Below, in pieces: positions 10,432-20,049 of a stretch of DNA of 43,834 nt; the stretch's first letter is position 1, and every line of letters starts with the position of its first letter. This DNA comes from Bdellovibrionota bacterium (GTDB lineage: Bacteria; Bdellovibrionota_C; UBA2361; OMII01). Position numbers and translations under genes: made by a program. Location of the stretch: positions 1-43,834 of the forward strand of contig JBIJBE010000030.1 in NCBI GenBank assembly GCA_044345405.1. The letters run 5' to 3'. The notes under the pieces are model-generated. The model was not told the origin of the DNA. It was given only the letters and a program-made list of their open reading frames with translations, and did no database searches.

Positions 10432-10884
10432 TTATCTATTTACACAACCCAAGCCACTAGGCATGCGGATATCCTTACAACCACGCTTTCGCTCCTCTTT
10501 GGAGCACTTATTCTCACTTGGAGAGAATCCAGCTGGACATCGGTCATACTGGGCCGGAGGTCGCGGCGCCGGGGGTGGTGGACGATAGGAATTTTGTTGC
10601 TCACGCTCCCGTTCAAGACGCTCACGCTCCCGTTCGAGCCGTCGACGCTCTTCCTCCAAACGCTCGCGCTCGCGACGATCCGAATACGAGGTTCCTCCAC
10701 CATAGTACGGGCCGGACCCGTAGTACGGGTCGCCGCCATAGTATCCTCCCCCGTACGGGCGCGCCGGCGGCTGATTCCCGTAATAGGGATCATAGGGGTC
10801 ATTGAGGGGGCCGCACCCAGCGAACGCTGACATAGCCACACAGGAAAATAGAAGGGCGTGAATAGGGTTGAGTTTCATAGCCAT
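10432..10884 (-). CDS. Lipoprotein with Tyr/Gly/Pro-rich region, Glu/Arg coil and 4-Cys C-terminal module
   Basis: Signal peptide ending in FAGC lipobox, then YGGG repeats, a RERLE run, and CPAGF...C...GC...C. Confidence 0.7.
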   Translation of the reverse strand: MAMKLNPIHALLFSCVAMSAFAGCGPLNDPYDPYYGNQPPARPYGGGYYGGDPYYGSGPYYGGGTSYSDRRERERLEEERRRLERERERLEREREQQNSYRPPPPAPRPPAQYDRCPAGFSPSENKCSKEERKRGCKDIRMPSGLGCVNR

Positions 10885-10890
10885 ACACAA

Positions 10891-10920
10891 AGTATAAGAA
10901 CCCTCATCCCATCATGGCAA
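10891..10920 (-). promoter_or_regulatory. Putative sigma70 promoter giving a leaderless mRNA
   Basis: TTGCCA-N18-TATACT, then 6 nt to ATG 10884, with no SD. Confidence 0.6.
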
Positions 10921-11053
10921 CGAGGATCCTCACGCTAGACGAACCGATGGGGCGGCTATTCACAGTTCTCGCACTCCTAACAAATTCCCCACACACTGTC
11001 GGAAGGTGCACGAAACACCCCGAGCGAGGCCCCTTCCCAACCTCCTGTGTTCA

Positions 11054-13195
11054 CTAGAAGGTGTATGAAACGGTCGCTCCGAACGCTCTGGGGTCCCCCT
11101 GCTGAACATAGAGCTTATTCTCGAAGTTAGGGGGTTCATTTCCGAAGTAGAAGCCACGAACCGCATAGCTCTGATTGAACAGATTTCGGCTCCAGAGCAG
11201 CACCTTCCATCCATCCCTCTCATACCCGACGGTACCATTGAAGAGGTTGTAAGGATTACTCTTCTGGTTATTACTATCATCGAAGTAAAAGGCGTCACGT
11301 CCGGTCTCCTCGATCCGCAGAAAGAGGCCGCGACCAAAGTCGACCCGAGTGCCAGCCGAGTATTGCCACGCCGGGGCGACAGAGAACGCCCGCCCGTCGA
11401 GATACTCAGCTTCGGGAGGCACGTTCGTAAAATCCGAATGCATCAACGCGCCAGACGCGAAGAGGTCCAACCATGGAAGCACCTGGTAGGTATTTTCAAG
11501 CTCCATACCGGTACTTCGTCCCCTCGCCGAGCTCTCAGTGATATAGGTATACGAGAGCGGATCGCTCGGATCGTTTTGAATCGCGAACTTGAGCTGCTGA
11601 TCATACCGCTGATCATGAAACACGGCGAGGTTCGTTGTGAGTCGCTTCTTGAGAAATGCCCCCTTCACCCCAGTCTCATAATTCCAGAGGTATTCCGGGT
11701 CATACTGCCTTCGGTCAGATGGCACATCCACTCCAGTGTTGAATCCACCCCCTTTAAATCCGCGAGAGACTGAGACATACCCTCGCAGATTCTTCGTCAC
11801 ATCGTGCTGCAAGGAGACATTTCCTCCGAGCATCGAGTAGGTCGGAGAGAGCTCGCTCTCTCGAGTGTCTTCGTATCGAGCGTTTCGTTGCTCGAATCGA
11901 AGACCGGTGCCCAAAGAGGTTCCATTACCTAACGGCGCCTCGACATCTCCGAATACAGCGCCGGTATTCGCGCTATACTCGCTCGAAACGGAATCGTAGA
12001 TCTCAGCATTAGAAAATTGATCGGTGGTCGTATCCTCTGTGAGACGTTGGCCGTACAATCCTCCAACCCAACGCCAATTCTCCCCGTGCTCGTACAAGGG
12101 GTCTTGGTTCGTGAACCGAAGCTCCTGGGTCGCGCTGTGTCGCGTGCGATTTGAGTCAGAGAAGTAGTCGTACGGAGCGTACGGCTCCCAAAAGGGATTG
12201 TTCCCCCAATCACCGTCGAAGCTGGTGGCCAGCTTCGCGCGCATGTAGGTGGAAATACTCTCCAGCTTCAACGATTCTGAGAGTTGGTGACCTATTTTAA
12301 ATGAGGAGGCGCCCACACGGGTGTCGTCCTGCCCCGGATCGTCCGACTGAGTCGTGAGGCTGTTATCGATCGCGAAAGCGTCGTAGCCGTTATTAAACTC
12401 AGAGCCCCATACCGCGAGGTCATAGGAGGTGCTCGAACTCTGCTCATAACGAACCTTAAGTCTCACTACTGACTCATTGCGGGAATTCGTATCATCCCGC
12501 GAGAGGTACACGTTATCCCGAAATCCATCGCTCTGCTGATTAAACGCGGAGAACCTAAGTTGGAGTTTGCCGTCGGTGCCGGGCACCGCCCCTCCAACCG
12601 CCAGACCGCCGGCGCCCATCTCGTCGTTCCCCGCCATCGCGGTGAGGGTCCCCGTGTTGAAATCGGAAGGGTCATGAGAATGGACGTTAATAGCTCCCGC
12701 CAGCGCGCTTGATCCGAAACGGATCCCTTGCGGGCCCCGCAAGACCTCGAGCTGCTGTACGTCGAACATCGGCACCACCATGCCGAGACCGCTAAAATCG
12801 ATATCATCAATAATCGTCGCCACGGATGGATTCGGGGCTCCATCGTACTGTTCAAGCTCACCAACTCCTCGAATGATGAAGAAACGGGGCCGTGAGGAGC
12901 CGCCGGACCATGTGAGGTTAGGAATAGATTCTATCTCGTATTGAAAGTTCGTCTCTCCCTTCTCGATGAATCGCTCCTCTCGAACAATGGTGGTGCTTTG
13001 GGGCACCTCACCTAAGGGATCACGAAAATTTGTCCCGTAGACGAAAAGCTCGGTTGGAGTCACTCCTTCCGGCGCCGGGCTCTCTTCTTGCGCGAACGCC
13101 GAGAGGGGTCCCGCAAAGAACATTACCAGAGCTATGGTGTGAAAGACTAAGGCCGCGGGAAGGCTCCGCGCAAAAGGCATGAGTGTACGAATCAT
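11054..13195 (-). CDS. TonB-dependent receptor, probably for thiamine or a precursor
   Basis: Signal peptide, plug motifs FIIRGVG and LEVLRGPQG, SRGFKGGGFN, C-terminal PRAFGATVSYTF. Preceded by a TPP riboswitch. Confidence 0.9.
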   Translation of the reverse strand: MIRTLMPFARSLPAALVFHTIALVMFFAGPLSAFAQEESPAPEGVTPTELFVYGTNFRDPLGEVPQSTTIVREERFIEKGETNFQYEIESIPNLTWSGGSSRPRFFIIRGVGELEQYDGAPNPSVATIIDDIDFSGLGMVVPMFDVQQLEVLRGPQGIRFGSSALAGAINVHSHDPSDFNTGTLTAMAGNDEMGAGGLAVGGAVPGTDGKLQLRFSAFNQQSDGFRDNVYLSRDDTNSRNESVVRLKVRYEQSSSTSYDLAVWGSEFNNGYDAFAIDNSLTTQSDDPGQDDTRVGASSFKIGHQLSESLKLESISTYMRAKLATSFDGDWGNNPFWEPYAPYDYFSDSNRTRHSATQELRFTNQDPLYEHGENWRWVGGLYGQRLTEDTTTDQFSNAEIYDSVSSEYSANTGAVFGDVEAPLGNGTSLGTGLRFEQRNARYEDTRESELSPTYSMLGGNVSLQHDVTKNLRGYVSVSRGFKGGGFNTGVDVPSDRRQYDPEYLWNYETGVKGAFLKKRLTTNLAVFHDQRYDQQLKFAIQNDPSDPLSYTYITESSARGRSTGMELENTYQVLPWLDLFASGALMHSDFTNVPPEAEYLDGRAFSVAPAWQYSAGTRVDFGRGLFLRIEETGRDAFYFDDSNNQKSNPYNLFNGTVGYERDGWKVLLWSRNLFNQSYAVRGFYFGNEPPNFENKLYVQQGDPRAFGATVSYTF

Positions 13196-13198
13196 ATC

Positions 13199-13288
13199 TC
13201 CTCTCCCTACGCCGGTATTATCCGTGTCAGGTTCAAAGGGTGTCGCTCATCATGAGCGTCTCAGGTCACTACGACCTCCCCCGGGTAT
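13199..13288 (-). ncRNA. TPP riboswitch
   Basis: Minus strand GGGG...CTGAGA...ACCCTTTGAACCTGACACGGATAATACCGGCGTAGGGA matches the THI-box consensus and abuts the SD/ATG of the receptor gene. Confidence 0.93.
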
Positions 13289-13564
13289 CGAGCTCGCGAT
13301 TATCTCGCACTCTTGGGTCCGGCTTATCATGAGCCGTGAGGAAAGATCAATGAGCGAGTAATCCTGAAGGGTTCGCTGTTGTATCTTCCCCACAAACAAC
13401 TCCGGGAAGGCCGCCCCCCGACAGAACAACGTTCAAAGGCGCCTTAACGAAAAACCTGTCAGGGTCTATCATCATAATGGACGTCAGGCGAGATTGTGCC
13501 TGGGCACCCCTCCCACTACTGCGATACATTATTCCCATCTCAACGAACTGAGCGGAGCTTTTCT

Positions 13565-14323
13565 ATGAAAAAAAACGCGCGACGATGGATCTCGATAGTT
13601 TCGATAGCGATAGTAACTCTCTACGCCCCTCAAATTAGCGCCGGTGTTGACAGGCTCATCTGGAGGGCGAGCGGCACCATTGAGGCAATATCCGTGGATT
13701 CCCTGACCGTTAACCGCTTCGCCTATAAACTCACCTCAACAACGGTGTACGAGAAGAACGATCGTCAGACGACCCGCTCAGCGTTTTCGGTCGGAGATCA
13801 CGTCAAAGTAACCTTCATCACCGATCGTTCGGTGGTCCAACTTGAGGGGGAATCAACCTCCGGACACGCTCCGGGGAGTACCCCTACCCCGGCCGCGACC
13901 CCTCAAGTTACAAGACTGACCGCCAAACTCACTCCCCTTGGCAACTCCATCGCTCGTGGAGACGGGGTTAGCAGTTACAGTGAAACCGAACGGGCGTTAA
14001 CCTTACGGATCAAGGTTCCGCGTAACACTATTCCCCTCGCTACAACGGACGCTGAGGCGAAGGATTTGTCAGTTACCGCCTCAATTACGCGACACGGAGA
14101 CCTGGTAGCGACCTGCTCGACGGCGTTCGAGCCAAAGCGACAAAAGAGATCGGTGTATGAGTTCAAGGTCCAGATCAAGAAAACGGGTCGCAGCCGCGCG
14201 CGCGCCATCAAAGGCAAGTGTGTTCTCGCGAATGGAGCGACCGGTATCCCAACCGTTCACGCGGGAGACCTCGTCACAGTTTCCGAAGCGACGGCTGGAG
14301 AGTTCCTGACGGGGATTTTCTAA
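13565..14323 (+). CDS. Secreted protein with DUF5666-like OB-fold domain plus an unknown C-terminal domain
   Basis: GGAG RBS before ATG 13565, signal peptide, GTIEAIS...TVN...TSTTVYE...VGDHVKV pattern, Pro/Thr linker. Confidence 0.65.
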   Translation: MKKNARRWISIVSIAIVTLYAPQISAGVDRLIWRASGTIEAISVDSLTVNRFAYKLTSTTVYEKNDRQTTRSAFSVGDHVKVTFITDRSVVQLEGESTSGHAPGSTPTPAATPQVTRLTAKLTPLGNSIARGDGVSSYSETERALTLRIKVPRNTIPLATTDAEAKDLSVTASITRHGDLVATCSTAFEPKRQKRSVYEFKVQIKKTGRSRARAIKGKCVLANGATGIPTVHAGDLVTVSEATAGEFLTGIF

Positions 14324-14728
14324 AACGTCACCTTTGTTGGTGCCACTCTTCATCAACGCGTGGCATCAACCGTAAACAACTAGGTAGCGCCACAGCATCC
14401 TCCCGCGACGCACAACGATCCGCGCGACGACTCAATATATCCGTTTCGATCATTATCGACCGGCAGTGCGTGGTATGAGCCCAAAACGACGCTGCTTGCT
14501 CTAAAAACCGCGCTACCATGCCCTACGATCGAATTTCTACTTTATTCTGAAAAGCAACCTATTTCAGTCTCTTTTCCAGACTAAATCAAAATTCTCGCTA
14601 TCATGCCTGGCGTTGTAAAAGCCAAATCTCTTCCCGTGCCCATACGAAAGCGCACGCGACGAACGAGTAAGGGATTTTTGGGCAGCGAACACCGCGCGAG
14701 CGATGCGTATCTTATAGAAGCGAGTAGT

Positions 14729-16981
14729 ATGAAACTTTCAAATATCTTTCTTGTTAGTGCGGCGACCACACTTATGAATGTGGTGGGCCTTCTGAGCGTC
14801 GCGCACGCACAGGAGATTTACCGCGACCCTGGCGTTGTCATGGGATATCTCTCGGCTAATGAGATCAAGGCGACTGACGGGTATGATCAGTGCTTCACCT
14901 CCATCGGAGATTACCTGTGGCTTCACTCCGATAACTCCGCGAATAAAAATCCGCTTTTCCGGATTCAATCTTCGAGTGGACGCGTCTCGATAACCAAGAA
15001 CAAATACGTGGACGGCCGAGGCGTGTACGTGTGCTACAACGCTCGCGGCACTGCTCATAAAATCAAAGCGGGATACGCGACATCAGGAACCTCTATTGGA
15101 GCGGGTCTTAGTTGCGTTACAAGCGTAGCCAATTTCATTAAACTTCGAGTGGCCGGCGCTGGAACGGGCACCGTTACCTGCTCTTACAATCGATCCACCG
15201 GCGTCATTACCGCGTCGCAAACAGGTGCGGGACGAATTACGCAGTGTGGATATGTATGCGCTGACCCAGCAAATACCACCCCGTCGCACCTTCTCTCGTT
15301 CAATTCAACAGCGACCTCCGGAACTCGACTCCTCAACGTGAAAGGCAGTTATGCCTTAGGCACGAACACCGCATTCTCACAATGCAGTAATACGTTCATT
15401 ACTGAGGCCGCCTACAACGCCGCGACGGGCGTAGCCACTCAGGGACGTAACGATGGGTGTGGATACGCCATGTTCTCCTATCTCGGAGTAAGCGGAGCGC
15501 AATGCGCCGATGGTATCGACAACGATGGAGATGGATTGTCTGATAAAGGGGACCCTGGGTGCTGGGCAAACCCTCAAGATCCGAACTCCTTTGATCCGTA
15601 TCTCGATAACGAGGCCGCCGCGACATCGCAATGTCAAGACGGCGTCGACAACGATAAGGACGGACTCGCGGATCTGAAGGACCCTGGTTGCTCCAGCCCA
15701 CAAGATAACTACGAAGGGGACGGAACATCTCAGTGCCAAAACGGGTTCGATGACGATCGCGACGGTCTCACCGACCTCGTTGACCCTGGATGCTCAAACC
15801 CTCAGGATAATAACGAGGGCGATGGAACGTCTCAGTGCCAGAACGGTATCGACGACGACCGCGATGGTCTCACCGATCTTGTAGATCCTGGATGCTCAAA
15901 TCCTCAGGATAACAACGAGAGCGATGGAACGTCTCAGTGCCAGAACGGCATCGACGATGACCGCGATGGTCTCACGGATCTTGTAGATCCTGGATGCTCA
16001 AGCCCTCAGGACACCAACGAGGCTGACGGCACATCACAGTGCCAGAACGGCTTCGATGACGACAAAGACGGATTGGTCGACATGAAGGATCCTGGGTGTT
16101 CATCACCACAGGACCTGAATGAGGGAGATCCTGTAGCGAGCACACCAACTCCTACTCCGCCAGCCACGGCGACCTTGACACCGGCACCGACCGGGACATC
16201 AGGGGTCACCGGCTATAGGGTAACCCCGATCGTTGAGTGCGTAGACGCTCTCCGGAACGGAAACCTACTCGCGCACTTCGGCTACCGAAGCGATGAGATG
16301 TCGTCTGTCACGATCCCAGTTGGAGCGAAGAACTTCGTCGCGCCGGGAGCGGTGGACGCGGGACAGCCAACTACCTTCTATCGAGGAGCGTTTGGCAACG
16401 TATTCACTGTGATCGTTCCGGTCGCGACTCCACAAGCGGGAAGTAACATCACCTCAAGTCTCGTACGCTGGACCTTGGGAGAGGTCTCGGTTGAGGCATC
16501 CGCGCAAACCGCGCGATGCTCCGCCGGAGAGATCTCCTGCGATGAGACAAACAATAAGGATACGTTAAGTGAGCTCGACAACCTCGCCGCTCGACAACGC
16601 GCGACCGTGCGCTCCTTGGCGAGTCGTATACGAGGTTCGTCAGGTAGTTCGTCCTACAGCAAGCTTGCTGATTCGTACGAGGCGGAGGCTAGGAAACTCT
16701 ACCTCGATCAGTGGACAACTATCTGGTCGAAATTCCCGCAGGTAACGAAAGCCTGTACCGGATGCGCGGCTGTGGATACAACACCAAGCATCGCTGACAT
16801 CACCAATCGTTCGAAGAATTTCGTCCGACTTACGAAGCTCGCTGGCGCAACCCTGAAGAAGGCGCGTCGAGGCAGCCTCAAGTCGAGCGATGAGGCACTC
16901 GTGAACACCGGGACGAGCTTGCACAACCGAACCGTGACCGTTTCGGAGCAGTTGCCTCGATTCGATAGTCAGTGCGGCTAA
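14729..16981 (+). CDS. Secreted Cys/Asp-rich repeat protein (adhesin-like)
   Basis: Signal peptide from MKLSN at 14729 (ORF open from 14603), six QCxDGxDxDxDGLxDxxDPGC repeats, Pro/Thr linker, two further C-terminal domains. Confidence 0.8.
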   Translation: MKLSNIFLVSAATTLMNVVGLLSVAHAQEIYRDPGVVMGYLSANEIKATDGYDQCFTSIGDYLWLHSDNSANKNPLFRIQSSSGRVSITKNKYVDGRGVYVCYNARGTAHKIKAGYATSGTSIGAGLSCVTSVANFIKLRVAGAGTGTVTCSYNRSTGVITASQTGAGRITQCGYVCADPANTTPSHLLSFNSTATSGTRLLNVKGSYALGTNTAFSQCSNTFITEAAYNAATGVATQGRNDGCGYAMFSYLGVSGAQCADGIDNDGDGLSDKGDPGCWANPQDPNSFDPYLDNEAAATSQCQDGVDNDKDGLADLKDPGCSSPQDNYEGDGTSQCQNGFDDDRDGLTDLVDPGCSNPQDNNEGDGTSQCQNGIDDDRDGLTDLVDPGCSNPQDNNESDGTSQCQNGIDDDRDGLTDLVDPGCSSPQDTNEADGTSQCQNGFDDDKDGLVDMKDPGCSSPQDLNEGDPVASTPTPTPPATATLTPAPTGTSGVTGYRVTPIVECVDALRNGNLLAHFGYRSDEMSSVTIPVGAKNFVAPGAVDAGQPTTFYRGAFGNVFTVIVPVATPQAGSNITSSLVRWTLGEVSVEASAQTARCSAGEISCDETNNKDTLSELDNLAARQRATVRSLASRIRGSSGSSSYSKLADSYEAEARKLYLDQWTTIWSKFPQVTKACTGCAAVDTTPSIADITNRSKNFVRLTKLAGATLKKARRGSLKSSDEALVNTGTSLHNRTVTVSEQLPRFDSQCG
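15500..16131 (+). repeat. Coding tandem repeat, 102-bp (34-aa) period, six units
   Basis: SQCQNGxDDDRDGLTDLVDPGCSxPQDxNExDGT units; the first unit is longer. Confidence 0.9.
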
Positions 16982-16995
16982 GACCACACGAGGGT

Positions 16996-17030
16996 TCGAG
17001 GCTCGGTGAGGCCATCTCACCGAGCCTCGA
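16996..17030. terminator. Perfect 15-bp hairpin between convergent genes
   Basis: TCGAGGCTCGGTGAG-GCCAT-CTCACCGAGCCTCGA, without a U tract. Confidence 0.55.
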
Positions 17031-17102
17031 TATTAGGCCGAAATAGCAACTCCGGGAGGATCTCTGAGTAGGAGCCCCCGCCGGAACGGACCGCCCGGAG
17101 CG

Positions 17103-18140
17103 TTATGTCCCCACCACAAGCCCCTCAAGGGTCTCGATATCGGCCTTCCACCCCACCGCGATGAGCGTTGATTCAGCGACGAGCATCGTATCGCCTTGAG
17201 GATTAAGCTGAAACTTTCCATCAGGTGAGATAATCGCGGCGATACTGACATTAGCGGTTTGGCGCAACGCGAGGTCGCGGAGGGTTTTGCCACAGATCCC
17301 CGAAGAGGTCGGAACCTTAATCTCCTCAATCTTCCAACCCGCGACACCTGTGCCGGCGATCTCAAAGAAGTCGGTTATGTATGGTCTCATCAATCCATCA
17401 GCGAGCTTGCGAGCAGCGAGACGGTATGCCGATATGAGTCGATTCACACCGGCTTGCTTGAGCCGCTTTTCGCCGATCTCATCCTCGGCGCGACTCACGA
17501 TATAGAGCCCGGAATTGAGCTCTCGCGCGGTGAGGGTCACATACACGTTGTCAGAATCACGGGGAAGAAGGGTAACCAGCCTCTTTGCTCGGACAACGCC
17601 CGCCGATGTCAACGACTCATCGAGTGTGGCGTCGCCGTACACGACAAGAAATCCCGCCTGCTCTGCCTCCTGACCTCGAACCTGATCAGACTCGATGACT
17701 ACGATCTCCTCACCGGCTCGGCGAAGTTCCGCCGCGGCGGTACGACTCAGTCGACTAAACCCACAAAAGATGGTGTGGTTTTTCATCTTCTCAATCTGCT
17801 CTCGCATTTTTCTGCTCCTATCGAATAATCTGTAGAACTGTCGATCCAGCACCGCTTGGGAAACAGAGCCGATCATCACCGTGAAAAGTCCTAACCCAGC
17901 GAAGATGAGCCCGATGGTGAAGATTCGACCAGCGGTTGTGAGTGGATGAACCTCCCCGTAGCCGATCGTAGCGAGGGTGATTACCGTCATGTAGAAGGCG
18001 TCAAGCGCGCCCCACCCCTCAAACTTCATGTACCCCAGTGTGCCAAGGGCGAACACAAGCACTAAGAGAGTAATAAGAAAGAAGACCTTTCGTCGCGCGA
18101 ACCGTCGATCGAAGTCATCAAGCGCGTGACGATTACTCAT
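17103..18140 (-). CDS. Potassium channel with RCK (TrkA-N/TrkA-C) domains
   Basis: TLATIGYGE selectivity filter between two TMs, HTIFCGFSRLS, GDAT, C-terminal RCK-C domain. Start overlaps the glycosyltransferase stop. Confidence 0.9.
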   Translation of the reverse strand: MSNRHALDDFDRRFARRKVFFLITLLVLVFALGTLGYMKFEGWGALDAFYMTVITLATIGYGEVHPLTTAGRIFTIGLIFAGLGLFTVMIGSVSQAVLDRQFYRLFDRSRKMREQIEKMKNHTIFCGFSRLSRTAAAELRRAGEEIVVIESDQVRGQEAEQAGFLVVYGDATLDESLTSAGVVRAKRLVTLLPRDSDNVYVTLTARELNSGLYIVSRAEDEIGEKRLKQAGVNRLISAYRLAARKLADGLMRPYITDFFEIAGTGVAGWKIEEIKVPTSSGICGKTLRDLALRQTANVSIAAIISPDGKFQLNPQGDTMLVAESTLIAVGWKADIETLEGLVVGT

Positions 18141-19368
18141 GGAGGGAGTCCTCCGAACACGTAGCTGGAATGGACCCGATAAGCTCCTCAACGACTGTGT
18201 CGAACCTTCGTAACACCGACGACCAGGAATATTCGGTCCTCACGTACTCAGCGCCCGCCACCGCGTGACGATTTCGAGCCTCTTCATTTTCCAAAAAGTA
18301 CTTTGTGACACCCGCGAGATCCTGCATCGAGCTACAGTAGAGCCCCCCACGAGACTGTTCAACGTGATGCCGTGTGACCGGACAAGCCCCGTGAACCACG
18401 ACTGGCGTGCCCACCATCCACGCCTCCATAATCACGATAGAAAAGGATTCGTTCGTCGATGGCTGGCAGAGATAGAGCGCATGCCTGAGGAGCCGCTGTT
18501 TATCACGTTCGCTCATGTGTGGAAGGTCCACAATGTCGGGGCGAGACAACACCTCGGGACGGTGAAGATCATCGAAGCTCCCCCCACCGAGAATAGCGAG
18601 CTTCACACGCTCGGGAATCAGCCCTTGAGCCTTCGCCTCAACGAAGTAATCGATCAAGATATGAACGTTTTTTCCGGTTTCTTTTCGGCCGAGGTACAGG
18701 ATATAAGGGACATCATCGGAGAAGTATGGCTCAAGTCCATTCACATACTCCGGTGTCGGCATATCGAACCCCATTCCCACCACGCCCCCTGGAATCTCGC
18801 CGTAGAGAGACCGCGCGAGATCCATTTCAGGCTCCGCGTTGAAGAGGCATCCCCTCACCTGACGAAACATCGAGGCGATGACATCCTGATAGGCATACGC
18901 CTCATCGTGAAGGCACGGAATAAGAATACTTCTCTCAGGGGCGATAAGAGAGCCCCAGAAGGTCGTTCCGAAAAGATAGGGACCGAAGAGGAGCGCGTCG
19001 AACTCGCCCGCGTGTCGCGCGATGTGCGCGTAGAGCGCTCGAGAATTAACACTCTCCGCCATCCAGGTGAGTTGGTCTTCGGTAGAGATCTTTTGACCAT
19101 CGTGAAGCGCGAGCTGAATCGGTATCCACGCGTCGAGGTTGCGAGGATCGACGAGGAAGCGATGAATAGGAAGTCCCCCTACCTCCGATACGCCCGGAGC
19201 GAACTCATTGCTCCAGGTTCTATTATCTTTCGCGCAGGTCGCCCACACTTCGACGGTGTCCCCTCGCGCTTTCAGGTGAGAGGCTATAGTTCCCATGAGC
19301 GTTTCAGCGCCTCCCGCGATACCATCAAAGTAGCGAGGAATGACGAATGCGAATCTGCGTGAACTCAT
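18133..19368 (-). CDS. Glycosyltransferase family 4 (GT-B fold)
   Basis: GGAE N-terminal motif, LYLGRKETGKN, PSTNESFSIVIMEAW (E-x7-E). Confidence 0.9.
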   Translation of the reverse strand: MSSRRFAFVIPRYFDGIAGGAETLMGTIASHLKARGDTVEVWATCAKDNRTWSNEFAPGVSEVGGLPIHRFLVDPRNLDAWIPIQLALHDGQKISTEDQLTWMAESVNSRALYAHIARHAGEFDALLFGPYLFGTTFWGSLIAPERSILIPCLHDEAYAYQDVIASMFRQVRGCLFNAEPEMDLARSLYGEIPGGVVGMGFDMPTPEYVNGLEPYFSDDVPYILYLGRKETGKNVHILIDYFVEAKAQGLIPERVKLAILGGGSFDDLHRPEVLSRPDIVDLPHMSERDKQRLLRHALYLCQPSTNESFSIVIMEAWMVGTPVVVHGACPVTRHHVEQSRGGLYCSSMQDLAGVTKYFLENEEARNRHAVAGAEYVRTEYSWSSVLRRFDTVVEELIGSIPATCSEDSLHE

Positions 19369-19630
19369 AGCGATATACGAGGGAAAACGGGTACAAGACC
19401 CCGATCGAGGGCATTTCAGAGATGTCCGGAACCTTCCGGTACCTCTCAGATCAGGCAGTATGCCCTATAAACGAGCATCCCAAAAGCCGACTAATACCCC
19501 TATATTATTAGCCAATTACGACAAAACAGCAAACAAACGTCACATTCGAACAGCCTCAAACCATAACCCTTTTGTCAATCGATTCGTCGGTTGTCATAAC
19601 GTTTCGGTAGTAGTTGTTAAAGGAATAGAT

Positions 19631-19885
19631 ATGACACAGGTACCACAACCTCTTCTCTTGACCGTAAAGGAAGTGGCTAAATTACTTCGCATTCACCGAC
19701 CAAAGGTTTACGACCTTATTAAGGCCGGAACCATTGAAGGCTTTAAGCTCGGATCTGACTGGCGTGTTAAGCGCGAGTCCGTTGAGAAATTGATCGGAGA
19801 GATCCCAGAGGATTTCTTCGCAAGCTCAAAGGGAGCGAAGAAGCACGCGACACCGGGCCTCGCTCAGGTTAAGCTCGCTTCATAA
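19631..19885 (+). CDS. Excisionase-like (HTH_17) DNA-binding protein
   Basis: AAGGA RBS before ATG 19631; LLTVKEVAKLLRIHRPKVYDLIKAGTIEGFKLGSDWRV. Confidence 0.85.
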   Translation: MTQVPQPLLLTVKEVAKLLRIHRPKVYDLIKAGTIEGFKLGSDWRVKRESVEKLIGEIPEDFFASSKGAKKHATPGLAQVKLAS

Positions 19886-20049
19886 GTTTCGTGACGGGAG
19901 CTACACGCTCTCGATAACGAACACCGATGCGGCGGCGATACCGAAACGAGAACACTTCGTAATGGTCTCTGTAGGACCGCGCCGCGGCATCGGTGAGGCG
20001 AACTTCCTTCGCCTCACCTCGACCGAATCGGTCCAGAGGGTCCACGAAA

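Noticed and set aside
15500-16131. Diversity-generating retroelement template/variable repeats
   Set aside because: Differences are mostly synonymous and not adenine-specific, and no reverse transcriptase is present. This is an ordinary coding repeat.
17050-17100. Structured ncRNA closed by CTCCGGG/CCCGGAG
   Set aside because: Only one short stem with no recognisable family motif, which is expected by chance in GC-rich DNA.
18265-19362. 365-aa plus-strand ORF
   Set aside because: Antisense shadow of the glycosyltransferase with no motifs. The same applies to long antisense ORFs over ligA, ndh and aroB.
19631-19885. Prophage or integrative element marked by an excisionase
   Set aside because: No integrase, att-like direct repeats, tRNA or phage genes nearby; the flanks are housekeeping genes.
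19940-19980. Hammerhead ribozyme (CGAAAC...GTA in a three-way junction)
   Set aside because: The required CUGANGA core is absent on both strands.
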